From the NCBI GenBank assembly GCA_023379025.1, contig JAMCTH010000009.1, forward strand, positions 5,092 to 69,091: 64,000 nucleotides of DNA. The letters run 5' to 3'. The DNA comes from Patescibacteria group bacterium (GTDB lineage: Bacteria > Patescibacteriota > Microgenomatia > UBA10105 > UBA927). A program made the position numbers and the translations under genes. This document shows, piece by piece, positions 1 to 9,243 of this stretch. Under the pieces are notes generated by a model. The model had not been told where the DNA came from. It searched no databases and saw only the letters and a program-made list of their open reading frames with translations. Within the stretch, counting starts at the first letter, position 1; every line of letters starts with the position of its first letter.

Positions 1-1125
1 CACGTCGTCGGGAAAAGCGGCAGCGATCTGACGTTTGACTGGACAAAACTGGACGAGACGGTGGATACGATCCGCGCAACCGGGGCAACCCCCATGCTCT
101 CCCTCTCCTATATGCCGGAAGCGATCGCCCGGGGAGGCAGCATCATCAATCCGCCGACGGACTGGAACGACTGGGCGCTCGTGGTCGAACGCACTATCGA
201 GCATTTCAGCGGGAAAGGAAACAAAAATCTCTCGAACGTGCACTATGAAGTCTGGAACGAGCCGGATCTTGCGCAATTCGGGAAATGGGGCCTTTCCGGG
301 GACAAAAACTACCTGACACTCTACCGTTATGCCGCCCTCGGCGCCGGGCGCGCGGAAGACGTCAACCGCTTTGCGCTCGGCGGGCCCGCCACGGCGGGTC
401 TTTATAAAAACTGGATACTTGCGCTCGTCAGAAGCGGGAACCGCCTGGATTTTCTCTCCTGGCACTCCTACCTTCCCAATCCGAAACAGTTCGATGACGA
501 CCAGAGAAATATCATCAGCTGGCTCCTGCCCTATCCCCGCTATACCCTCATCCCCAAAATGATCACGGAATTCGGCTTTAGCGGTGATAAAAGTACGCTC
601 TACGGATCTCCATATGCCGCTGCGTATACGGCGGCGGTCATCAGGGAGCTTATTTCCCAACACCCGGCCTATCTCTTTAGCTTTCAGTTGAAAGACGGGC
701 CGGGTCAGGAATCCGGCAACGGCTGGGGCCTTATCACCCACGAATCAAACGGAGCCAAGGCAAAACCGCGGTATTGGGTCTACGATTTTATCGACCGCAT
801 GGCAGGGACCCGGCTCGCGCTCTCTGGCGAAGGGTCGTGGGTCACGGCGTTTGCCACAAAAAAAGACGGTACGTACCGGATTCTCCTTGTCAATTTCGAC
901 GCATCAGGGCGCCATGTCGAAACCGTACCGGTTACCTTCGCAAACCTTGACCCCGGCACGTACACATACAGGGAACGGCAGCTGTTCGGCCGGACCGTCG
1001 AGACGCATGACGTTGTCGCCGGAAGCGTGCAGGATCTTCAGAAAATGGTCTATATGCCCGCGCAAAGCGTCATGATCCTCGAGCTTACGAAAACCGACGG
1101 CAGTGTTGGCGGCGGCGGGTCATGA
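1..1125 (+). CDS. glycoside hydrolase, clan GH-A (GH39/GH5-like), 5'-partial (open frame runs to window edge)
   Basis: WNEPD acid/base motif and ITEFG nucleophile motif typical of clan GH-A (beta/alpha)8 hydrolases. Frame is open from position 1. Confidence 0.6.
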   Translation, partial: HVVGKSGSDLTFDWTKLDETVDTIRATGATPMLSLSYMPEAIARGGSIINPPTDWNDWALVVERTIEHFSGKGNKNLSNVHYEVWNEPDLAQFGKWGLSGDKNYLTLYRYAALGAGRAEDVNRFALGGPATAGLYKNWILALVRSGNRLDFLSWHSYLPNPKQFDDDQRNIISWLLPYPRYTLIPKMITEFGFSGDKSTLYGSPYAAAYTAAVIRELISQHPAYLFSFQLKDGPGQESGNGWGLITHESNGAKAKPRYWVYDFIDRMAGTRLALSGEGSWVTAFATKKDGTYRILLVNFDASGRHVETVPVTFANLDPGTYTYRERQLFGRTVETHDVVAGSVQDLQKMVYMPAQSVMILELTKTDGSVGGGGS

Positions 1126-2772
1126 CAATTTATCCTGCACGCCTCCGTTGATGACCTCGGTTGCCGGCTCAAAAATGACGTGCCGCGAACGCCGGACTTT
1201 GGTGATAAGATTGAGGAGAAGCTGTACCTCGTTGACACCGAGCACCCAGGCAATAAACACATAGATCGACAACCCTATGCCTCCGGTAAATCCGGTCAGA
1301 AGTACCAATCCGAACGTACGCGTCGTGTCAAACACCAGCTGATCCATAAGCCGGAGAAGGATAAAAAGCGGAACCCCCGCGGCAAGTGCCGCAAGGCACA
1401 TCTTGATGACGGGCCCAAGCAGTTCTTCCCGCGTAAACCCGCCGATTTTCCGGTCGAGGAGGATAAAAAGAAAAAACCCGTTTGCGACGCTCGCGACCGA
1501 TGTGGAAAGCCCCAGAGACCAGACCGGCAGATGATACACCTGTATAAACAGAATGCTCAAAACGGAATTAACGGCTATGGAAACGATGCCGACAACCACC
1601 GGTGTTTTACTGTCATAAAGGGCATAGAAGCCCCGGGCGAGCACCTGTACCATGGCCTGTGCCGCGAGCGAAATGCTGAAGGCGGAAAGCGTCATCCCGG
1701 TCATGACGGTTGCCTCCCAGTCAAACTGTGCCGCCCCGAAAACCAGCCGGACTACGGGAATCCTGAGAATGATAAAAAGGACGGAAACCGGCAGGACAAA
1801 AAAGATAATCTGGTGGAGGGAAGAGATGATCGTCCGTTTAAATTGTTCTTTCTCCTCACGCGCGGACGACACGGAAAGCGAAGGAAGCGCCGCCTGGGCA
1901 ATGGTCGCGCCGAAGAGTCCGACCGGCAGCTGCTGCAGGTGCTGGGCAAAGTTAAAAATCGTCACCATCCGGGCGCCCAGAAGGCTTGAGAGGATGAGGT
2001 CAACGGTCGTATCCACCTGGGACACCGCAAGGCCCAGGGTCCGCGGCGCCATAAGGCGGCCGACTTCCTGCACCCCTTTGTGACGGATATCCACCGTGAA
2101 ACGATGGCGGTATCCGAGGTGTACGAGGAGCGGAACCTGAATCGCCATAAAAAGGAATGCACCGATTCCGACACCGGCGACCGGCGCCGCAAGATGAAGC
2201 GCCGGCGTCAGAACAATTATGCCGGCAATGATCCCGATGTTGTACACGACGGGCGCAATCGCCGGAAGCCAAAAACGGTTGAACGACTGGAGAATGCCGG
2301 TAAAAAAGTTCCCGATGAGAAGCGGTATCACCTGAAATATGATCATAAACCGGGTAAATCCCGCCATGATGTCTATCTGCTCCCCGGTAAATCCGGGAGC
2401 CATGAGATGCGAAATTTGCCTCGACCAGATAAAAACGGGAACGGCGACCAGAAGAAGCGTGAGAAACGAAAGGTTTACCAGAATGGAAGCAATCCGCCAT
2501 GCTTCCTCTTTTTTCTCCTGCGTAATGTATTTGGTAAACACAGGAATAAACGCGGACGTCAGCGCCCCCATGACCAGAAGCTCAAACAGGAGGTTCGGGA
2601 TGCGGAATGCGGCAAAATAAATACCAAGCTCATCCGGGGAAAACCGTGCAGCCAGGAGACGGTCCCGGACGAGCCCGAGGATACGCGACGTAAATACCAT
2701 GGACATGAGAATCAATGCGGCGCCGGAAACCGATCGCTGTTCCCTGCCGAATAAAGAGAACACCCGTTTCAT
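1120..2772 (-). CDS. murJ: lipid II flippase MurJ (MviN family)
   Basis: 550 aa polytopic membrane protein. N-terminus LILMSMVFTSRILGLVRDRLLAARFSPDELGIYFAAFRIPN is the canonical MurJ signature. Confidence 0.9.
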   Translation of the reverse strand: MKRVFSLFGREQRSVSGAALILMSMVFTSRILGLVRDRLLAARFSPDELGIYFAAFRIPNLLFELLVMGALTSAFIPVFTKYITQEKKEEAWRIASILVNLSFLTLLLVAVPVFIWSRQISHLMAPGFTGEQIDIMAGFTRFMIIFQVIPLLIGNFFTGILQSFNRFWLPAIAPVVYNIGIIAGIIVLTPALHLAAPVAGVGIGAFLFMAIQVPLLVHLGYRHRFTVDIRHKGVQEVGRLMAPRTLGLAVSQVDTTVDLILSSLLGARMVTIFNFAQHLQQLPVGLFGATIAQAALPSLSVSSAREEKEQFKRTIISSLHQIIFFVLPVSVLFIILRIPVVRLVFGAAQFDWEATVMTGMTLSAFSISLAAQAMVQVLARGFYALYDSKTPVVVGIVSIAVNSVLSILFIQVYHLPVWSLGLSTSVASVANGFFLFILLDRKIGGFTREELLGPVIKMCLAALAAGVPLFILLRLMDQLVFDTTRTFGLVLLTGFTGGIGLSIYVFIAWVLGVNEVQLLLNLITKVRRSRHVIFEPATEVINGGVQDKLS

Positions 2773-2842
2773 ACTGCGGATTATTATAGCGTAGCAATAT
2801 CCGCTTCGTATAGAAAGAAGTTTATGGTATACTTACCGCCAT

Positions 2843-3082
2843 ATGCCGATTACGAAACGCGCTATCAAAAAGCTCGCGCACGACAGAGGGCGCCAAAAAG
2901 CCCGAAGCCGCGAAAAAGATGACCTCATGGGCGCGGTCAAAAACGCGAGACGCACACCGTCACGCAAACATCTTTCCCGTGCCATGAAACTCCTGGATAA
3001 AGCGGCAAAACACCATATTATCCACGCAAACAAAGCCTCGCGTCTCAAGTCCCGCCTTTCAAAACTCGTCAAAACGAAATAA
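2843..3082 (+). CDS. rpsT: 30S ribosomal protein S20
   Basis: 79 aa, highly basic, AIKKLAHDRGRQKARSREK... with a helical Lys/Arg-rich profile like bS20. Confidence 0.75.
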   Translation: MPITKRAIKKLAHDRGRQKARSREKDDLMGAVKNARRTPSRKHLSRAMKLLDKAAKHHIIHANKASRLKSRLSKLVKTK

Positions 3083-3262
3083 CTGAAACCGGAGACACGT
3101 CTTTTCATGGAAGAAATTGAAGGAAATTGAAGAAAATTCCCGTTCATACTAGAATGGAAAGGGATTTTTATTTTCTGTTGATTTGGATTTGAACACTATA
3201 CCATGCATGTCGGACGTTGAGATTTGGGATTTGAGATTTGGGATTTTTTTATAGTTATCATG

Positions 3263-3814
3263 CCTGCCGGTCAGATCGAGATCAACCTTCTGGGTCATGA
3301 AGACCTTGCCCATACGCCTCAGGGGAGGCTGGTGCTGTGGGCGTTGACCTATGGCCGGTATATCATGATCGGTACGGAAATCGTGGTCCTGCTCGCGTTC
3401 ATCTCCCGCTTCAGTCTGGACCGGAAACTTACGGACCTCAAAGATGAAATCGACCAGAAACAGGCGATTCTGACGGCAAATAAACCCCTGGAAACCGAAA
3501 TTCAGGATGTCGACAGCCGCCTGACTGCCATAAAAAGCCTGACCGCGGGTCAGTCCGCCCCCGTCGACCTCCTGTCGCTTCTTGCCAGCATCCTCCCGAG
3601 CGATGTCCGGCTTAAATCCATCGATATCACGCAAAAAAAACTGAGTGCCAACGTGTTTGCCGGTACGACCCCGGGCTTTTCCCAATTCCTCGTGAACCTT
3701 CAGGCGCTGCAGGCAATCGGAAATATAGAAATCGGAGACATCTCACGGGATCCGGTCAGCGGCATCAGTTTCAGTTTTACCGCGGATATCCGGTCCCGGA
3801 ACCCGGGAACATAA
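3263..3814 (+). CDS. PilN-like type IV pilus/fimbrial assembly protein (start alternatively 3224)
   Basis: IEINLLGHE near the N-terminus resembles the PilN INLLP motif. Single TM followed by a coiled-coil and periplasmic domain. Followed by a PilO-like gene. Confidence 0.55.
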   Translation, partial: PAGQIEINLLGHEDLAHTPQGRLVLWALTYGRYIMIGTEIVVLLAFISRFSLDRKLTDLKDEIDQKQAILTANKPLETEIQDVDSRLTAIKSLTAGQSAPVDLLSLLASILPSDVRLKSIDITQKKLSANVFAGTTPGFSQFLVNLQALQAIGNIEIGDISRDPVSGISFSFTADIRSRNPGT

Positions 3815-3818
3815 TCCT

Positions 3819-4526
3819 ATGGCAGCGTTCGACTACAAAACCGAGTTCAAACGCTACCGCCGGTATTATCAGTCGCTCGGCGATTCCCTGAACAAGCCGG
3901 TCGCCAATGCCTATACATCGGCTATCTTTTCATTTCTCGTCGTATCGCTTTTTGGCTGGTACGCCATACGCCCGACGATCCAAACGATCCTCTTCCTCCG
4001 GCGCCAGATTGCGGACGACAAAAAAGTCAGCCAGCAAATGGAGGACAAAATTACACACCTTATTGAACTGCAGGCGTCGCTCCAGAACGTCAGGAGTGAC
4101 CTGCCGGTTCTGGACGAGGCGCTGCCGGAGAATCCGGATCCCATAGCTGTGGTTGCCGAGATCCGCAACCTCGCGGCAGTCACCGATGCGTCACTGTCGG
4201 CAGTGACGATTGCGGATACCGCACTCATCGGGGCCGATGCGCCGCTTCTTGAAGCAGCGCAGCCCCCGGACACACAGAAGACGGTGCCCCTTGTCCCCGG
4301 ACAAAATGTCGGGGTCATGCCGATTACCGTATCCGTTTCCGGTTCCTATGACATGCTAAAAGCATTTCTGAACGGCCTTCTCGCCATGCGCAGAATCGTG
4401 ACCATAGACTCCGCGGATATACTCCGGGAAACGGCCGCAGCCGGCGACATTTCTGCCAATGACAAACCGCTCAGACTTGTTCTAAAATTAAATACATATT
4501 ACCGTAGTCCTAGCTCTAGCCCATGA
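3819..4526 (+). CDS. PilO-like pilus assembly protein
   Basis: N-terminal TM, coiled-coil segment and C-terminal domain. Sits immediately after the PilN-like gene. Confidence 0.5.
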   Translation: MAAFDYKTEFKRYRRYYQSLGDSLNKPVANAYTSAIFSFLVVSLFGWYAIRPTIQTILFLRRQIADDKKVSQQMEDKITHLIELQASLQNVRSDLPVLDEALPENPDPIAVVAEIRNLAAVTDASLSAVTIADTALIGADAPLLEAAQPPDTQKTVPLVPGQNVGVMPITVSVSGSYDMLKAFLNGLLAMRRIVTIDSADILRETAAAGDISANDKPLRLVLKLNTYYRSPSSSP

Positions 4527-4717
4527 AAGCCGATCGGGATTTATTACTGGTTTCTGTATTTACCTTTTTTACGGTTTCGCTGTGGATTTTTTTTGAACTC
4601 GTGAAGACCACAAAAACATCTACCGTCGTTCCGACGGTCCAGAACGTTATTGCCCCGCTTCCCAAATCCCTGGATACCGCTGTACTCACATCGCTTGCTG
4701 CCAGAAAACACTATTAA
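4523..4717 (+). CDS. small membrane protein (64 aa), hypothetical
   Basis: 4-nt ATGA overlap with the upstream pilO-like stop suggests translational coupling. One TM helix. Confidence 0.35.
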   Translation: MKADRDLLLVSVFTFFTVSLWIFFELVKTTKTSTVVPTVQNVIAPLPKSLDTAVLTSLAARKHY

Positions 4718-4721
4718 CCAT

Positions 4722-6047
4722 ATGAAAAACGCACCACGCATCCCCACCATCGTAGGCCTCCTCCTTGTGTGTCTCATCGCGGGTATCTTTATTTTCGCGT
4801 TCAACCAGGTTACGGAGCTCAACTCCCGCGCGGCAGCATCGGAAACGCCATCGGCCATACAGGTTGCCAACATCGGAGACACCTCGTTCAGTATGACCTG
4901 GACGACGCCCGATGCGGCGACAGGACAGGTAGAACTTTCCCAACCCGGAACGGGCAACGCTACGTTTTTTGACGACCGCGATCTTGCAGCGGCAACGGGA
5001 AAGTCGGTTTCCCGTACTGCCATGGCGCGGTATGTGACGCATATCGTCACGATCCGGAGCCTGAATCCGAATACCACCTACTCCCTCCGGATCATTTCGA
5101 ACGGCAGAACATACGATGACAGCGGCGCCCCCTACTCCGTCCGCACCGGACCGATACTCTCGGAAGCGGATAACGGCCTTAAACCCGCATACGGCCAGGT
5201 AAACACGCAGGACAACACGCCGGCAACGGACGCGCTCGTCTTCGTCACGCTGGATGACGGATCACTGCTGGGAACTGCCGTCACATCAAACGGCACATGG
5301 CTCATCCCCCTCAATGTCAGCCGTACCAAATCCCTTGACCATTACGTTGCCGCGGGCGAACGCCTTCCCATTGCGATCCGCGTCGTCTCCGGGACACTGG
5401 AAACAACGGCGATGACCGACAGTTTGAACGCGTCACCGGTACCCCTCATGGTTCTCGGAAAAACCTATGACTTCCGGAAAATCCAGGCAAAAAATTCAGG
5501 CTCCCCGCTTGCCAACGCACCGGCCGGCGGGACAACGCCCGCAGTACTCGGTGCGGAAACGCAGACACCGACCGGTCAAAACTTTCACGTCTCTCTCACA
5601 TCACCGGCAGAAGGGGCAGCGCTCACCGGTACGACACCTCTGGTCGAGGGCACGGGATTCCCCGGAAACACCGTTTCGCTTGTGCTCGGTATCACTTCGC
5701 CCGTCAGCGGCAGCACAAAAGTCGGCACGGACGGAGTTTGGAGATTCACTCCGTCAACGGCGCTTGCCGAAGGAAGACAGAGCGTTACCATGACCACGGC
5801 AGATGCAGCCGGCAAACCCGTAGCTATCACACACATGTTTACGATACTCAAAAGCGGTTCCCAGGTATTGGGAGACGCGACGCCTTCCGCAACACTCGAA
5901 CCCGCGATCACCGCAACACCCACCGCGGAGCCGACAACTATTGCAGCACAGCCCATTCCGACGACCGGTACGGAACTGCCGACGATCATAATGATCGTTA
6001 TGGGTATCGGATTTCTGGCAAGCGGAGCTGTCGTATTTCTCAAATGA
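4722..6047 (+). CDS. cell-surface protein with N-terminal signal anchor, FN3/PAP-N-like beta-sandwich, and C-terminal IPTTG + TM + Lys tail (sortase-like sorting signal)
   Basis: The FSMTWTT...YSLRI pattern resembles a fibronectin-III/purple-acid-phosphatase N domain. The C-terminus is QPIPTTGTELPTIIMIVMGIGFLASGAVVFLK. The start at 4722 lies 4 nt after the previous gene. Confidence 0.6.
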   Translation: MKNAPRIPTIVGLLLVCLIAGIFIFAFNQVTELNSRAAASETPSAIQVANIGDTSFSMTWTTPDAATGQVELSQPGTGNATFFDDRDLAAATGKSVSRTAMARYVTHIVTIRSLNPNTTYSLRIISNGRTYDDSGAPYSVRTGPILSEADNGLKPAYGQVNTQDNTPATDALVFVTLDDGSLLGTAVTSNGTWLIPLNVSRTKSLDHYVAAGERLPIAIRVVSGTLETTAMTDSLNASPVPLMVLGKTYDFRKIQAKNSGSPLANAPAGGTTPAVLGAETQTPTGQNFHVSLTSPAEGAALTGTTPLVEGTGFPGNTVSLVLGITSPVSGSTKVGTDGVWRFTPSTALAEGRQSVTMTTADAAGKPVAITHMFTILKSGSQVLGDATPSATLEPAITATPTAEPTTIAAQPIPTTGTELPTIIMIVMGIGFLASGAVVFLK

Positions 6048-6160
6048 CCTATCATTCAAAGCTACGCTTTCAAAGAGCAAAGCGAAACTTTGAAAAAACG
6101 ACAGACAGGAAGCGACGACTTGACGCAGATCGAAGAAATAGTCTACTGTGATGATAGGGA

Positions 6161-8584
6161 TTGTTTTCTCGTCATACACATACCATGGCTGACATTCTTG
6201 ACGCTGCTCAGAAACAGGCGACGACCGGCAGTACTGCTCCGGGAGATACTGCCGCACCTCCTTCTCCCCAAAAGAACGAGCCTCCGATACCCAATCTGGA
6301 CGATGTGCTCCCCGGAGCATCCGATCCCGTAGTCGTTCCGGAACAGCCGGAGTCTCTCCAACAGACAGAACCCGGGGATACTGCCGCAAAGGATGCTTCC
6401 CCGATTTCTCCGCCATCGGTTCCTCCAGCGTCATCCGCACCCCTCCCGGAGAAGCAGAAGGACGCTACGCTCCCGGCAGATATGCATGAAAAGCCGGCAG
6501 AAATTTTATCCCCGTCGGAAACCCTTGAAGAACCGCCGCCGCTTACCCCTCCCCCCTCCATGAAAAAGAGGCACGGCCACAGGGGTGTTGTGGTTGCGGC
6601 GCTTCTTTTTCTCCTCCTGACCCTCCCGCTTGCCGTCTATTTCGTTGCGCAGCAACGGCAACTCGCGGAAATCAGAAGTAACGCTTCTGCCCAACCCGGA
6701 GTGTATCCGGGTACTACTCCCGGATCAAATACTATGGAACAACAGAGCTGTTATAACAACTGTTTATATAGCTCAAACGGCAGTCCGACGGGCAATACCC
6801 CGGTTGAGTGTGCATCCTATTGCGGGGGCTATAATACAAACTACGGCACGACCCCTACTCCGTCACCCGTAAGCTGCGCTCCAGGAGAAGTACCATCGAA
6901 ATGTCCAGGGTACAATTTTGATGTATGCCTTAATCAATTTTCCGGCGAATGCCCAGCGCCACCGACCTCTAACTGCCAGCAATGTTTGCAATCAGGCAAT
7001 ACCCCTATTGAATGTGCAAGGTATTGTAATATTGTAGTCAATACACCTCCTCCGCCAACACCCCCGTCCTGCGGATTAGGTGAGACACGCTCAGATTGTC
7101 CTGGATATCCTATGGGCGTCTGTTTGAATAGTTTTTTCGGAGTATGCCCCCAACCTCCCGGTACAACAACAGCAACCACTCCCCCGCCATCTACAAGTTG
7201 TCAGGAGGGACAAATCCAGTGTAATGATACGGGGGGAGTTAACTATTGTTCAAGCGGAAGATGGTGGTCCCGTCCTGCAAATATCGGAGTTGAGTGTCCG
7301 GCAAGCGTAAAAAACTGTGGATTAGGTGAGGTACCTGCAAAATGTCCCGGATATAAGTACGATGTCTGTGTGAATCAATTTTCAGGGGATTGTCCACCTG
7401 CTCCAAAACCGACATGGGTTCCCGGGACTGCGGAGTGTACATCATACTGCGGTCAAGCAGGAAACGATGCATCTCAATGCAATGTTCTCTGTAACCCGAC
7501 AAAACCGCAATACAACTGGAAGCCTGGTGATCCGAACTGCATGCAGGAATGTGTAGCATCCGGAAACGGTGCAAGTGAGTGTCAGAAATATCTCTGCGAT
7601 CCGGCGCATACCACACCAACACCGGCATTTATCCGTGGGACGGCAAACTGCCAACAGCAATGTGTTGCTGCAGGCAATGGGTCGGGAGAATGCACAAGTC
7701 TTTGTGGACCTTTGCCCGTTGGATATATTCAAAATGGCAATCCGTGCGACAATAGCACTCAATGTTCGTCGGGCCTTTGTGAAGGAACGAAAGGAGTCTG
7801 TTGGCCGGTACCTACGATAATGCCGGATACCTGTACCGGACCAAAACCGACGTGCAGCGCCGGCACGGAACCGACCTGCGTTCTCAATTACTGGCACTGC
7901 GCCGTGACATTCGTCACTCCCACTCCTCCTCCGCAGGGTGTAGTACCGCAGGTAAGCCAGAATGGCTGCACCGTAACAAATAACACCGATCAGTCGGTCC
8001 GGGTCTGTGCCTTCAGCGGTGGGTGCGAAGGGGACTTCAGCGGCCGCTGCGGACCAAGCTGGAACCAGATAAACAACGAACAGGGCGGAGCAAAATGCAT
8101 AAACCTTACGGCTCACGGGAATACGAATCTTTGCCAGCCCGCAACGGTCCAGTGCGGTTCCTGGCAGACGGATATATCTATCGCAAATAATCCGGATGGC
8201 ACGGCTGCCGTTGCCGGTATAAACACAAGCGGATGCACCAGCACTCCGCCAGGCGGAGGAAATCCTCCGGGTACCACTCCCCCCGGAGGTAACCCGCCAG
8301 GCACGACCCCGCCGACCGGCGGAGGTCCGCAGTGCACGAATATCAAAATCTATAAAGACGGAGCACAGGTGACTCCCTCAACCCTCCGGCCCGGAGACAA
8401 TATCCTGATAGCCGTAGCCGGAACCGGCGCGACAAAAGCACATATCCGTGTCAACGGCGCAGATTGGATAGAAACGACAACGACCAACAGCAACAACGAA
8501 TTTACGGTGCCGTTCACGATCCCGTCGGGCGTCACGAACTTTACGATAGAAGCGGAAATTTATGTTAGCGGCGTCTGGCAATAA
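6161..8584 (+). CDS. large secreted/membrane-anchored cysteine-rich repeat protein (Pro-rich N-terminal region, TM, 3x CxxGExxxxCPGYxxDVCxNxFxGxCP repeats, 5x CxxxC...GN...EC...C repeats, C-terminal Ig/CBM-like beta domain)
   Basis: Internal repeats are visible in the translation and at DNA level (7070-7152 versus 7316-7398). Cys content is very high. A Gly/Pro/Thr linker precedes the last ~100 aa. Confidence 0.7.
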   Translation: MFSRHTHTMADILDAAQKQATTGSTAPGDTAAPPSPQKNEPPIPNLDDVLPGASDPVVVPEQPESLQQTEPGDTAAKDASPISPPSVPPASSAPLPEKQKDATLPADMHEKPAEILSPSETLEEPPPLTPPPSMKKRHGHRGVVVAALLFLLLTLPLAVYFVAQQRQLAEIRSNASAQPGVYPGTTPGSNTMEQQSCYNNCLYSSNGSPTGNTPVECASYCGGYNTNYGTTPTPSPVSCAPGEVPSKCPGYNFDVCLNQFSGECPAPPTSNCQQCLQSGNTPIECARYCNIVVNTPPPPTPPSCGLGETRSDCPGYPMGVCLNSFFGVCPQPPGTTTATTPPPSTSCQEGQIQCNDTGGVNYCSSGRWWSRPANIGVECPASVKNCGLGEVPAKCPGYKYDVCVNQFSGDCPPAPKPTWVPGTAECTSYCGQAGNDASQCNVLCNPTKPQYNWKPGDPNCMQECVASGNGASECQKYLCDPAHTTPTPAFIRGTANCQQQCVAAGNGSGECTSLCGPLPVGYIQNGNPCDNSTQCSSGLCEGTKGVCWPVPTIMPDTCTGPKPTCSAGTEPTCVLNYWHCAVTFVTPTPPPQGVVPQVSQNGCTVTNNTDQSVRVCAFSGGCEGDFSGRCGPSWNQINNEQGGAKCINLTAHGNTNLCQPATVQCGSWQTDISIANNPDGTAAVAGINTSGCTSTPPGGGNPPGTTPPGGNPPGTTPPTGGGPQCTNIKIYKDGAQVTPSTLRPGDNILIAVAGTGATKAHIRVNGADWIETTTTNSNNEFTVPFTIPSGVTNFTIEAEIYVSGVWQ

Positions 8585-8589
8585 CTCAT

Positions 8590-9093
8590 ATGAAATTCCT
8601 TAAAAAATACTGGCAACTCATGATCGTGACTTTCGTAACGATCGGCCTCGGTGTTGCCGCGTTCTTAACCTCACAGCAGCTCAACAAGCCGACTCCTGTT
8701 GCACCCAACGTGCCGCAGCAGAAGCCAAAAGCCGCGGAGCCTGCCTGTACGCTCGCATTTGCCATCACGACCACGGGAACTCCTACCGAAACACCAACGG
8801 ATACTCCGACACCGACTCCTAATCCGACCGCGACTCCGGTACCGACGGCAACGCCGACACCGACTCCTAATCCGACCGCGACTCCGGTACCGACGGCAAC
8901 GCCGACACCCGGAAGCGGCACCTATAGCACTCCCACTCCGACACCCGGAGGAGTACTCACTTCCGCCGGATCATCACCGACACCCACACCCCCGACCCCC
9001 GAAATCCCCGTATCCGGAACCGGACCGGGTATCCTGGGAGCTGCGGCAATCGGCGGCGGACTCCTTCTTCTCCTTGCAGGTCTTGCCCTCTGA
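8590..9093 (+). CDS. Thr/Pro-rich repeat surface protein with N-terminal TM and C-terminal IPVSG + hydrophobic tail
   Basis: 167 aa. TPTPNPTATPVPTATP is duplicated exactly. The C-terminus is EIPVSGTGPGILGAAAIGGGLLLLLAGLAL. Confidence 0.55.
   Translation: MKFLKKYWQLMIVTFVTIGLGVAAFLTSQQLNKPTPVAPNVPQQKPKAAEPACTLAFAITTTGTPTETPTDTPTPTPNPTATPVPTATPTPTPNPTATPVPTATPTPGSGTYSTPTPTPGGVLTSAGSSPTPTPPTPEIPVSGTGPGILGAAAIGGGLLLLLAGLAL
8809..8904. repeat. perfect 2 x 48 bp direct tandem repeat (acaccgactcctaatccgaccgcgactccggtaccgacggcaacgccg) inside the TP-rich gene
   Basis: Seen directly: 8809-8856 is identical to 8857-8904. In-frame (16 codons each). Confidence 0.9.
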
Positions 9094-9243
9094 CGGGTTT
9101 TGTGACAACCGCCCCCAATAAAACCGTATCAATAGGTCAGAGTGTCAATGTGAATGCCCGTGAATATCCGAAGACATGAGACAGGAAACATGAGACATGG
9201 AAAGCCTTGTGTCAGTACTTCGATGTATCGATATATCGGTGTA

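Noticed and set aside
1180-1989. 269-aa plus-strand ORF, extremely Lys/Arg/Asp-rich
   Set aside because: It lies entirely antisense to the well-supported murJ gene. The low-complexity basic composition is typical of a shadow ORF on the opposite strand of a GC-rich membrane-protein gene.
3219-3246. Short tandem repeat gagatttgggattt x2 and a nearby gaaattgaagg repeat upstream of the PilN-like gene
   Set aside because: Only two short copies. It is not CRISPR-like (no spacer-sized unique segments, no array) and probably just a low-complexity promoter region.
8586-8921. 111-aa minus-strand ORF made of GVGVAVG repeats
   Set aside because: It is antisense to the Thr/Pro-repeat gene. The repeat is simply the complement of the ACN/CCN codon repeats.
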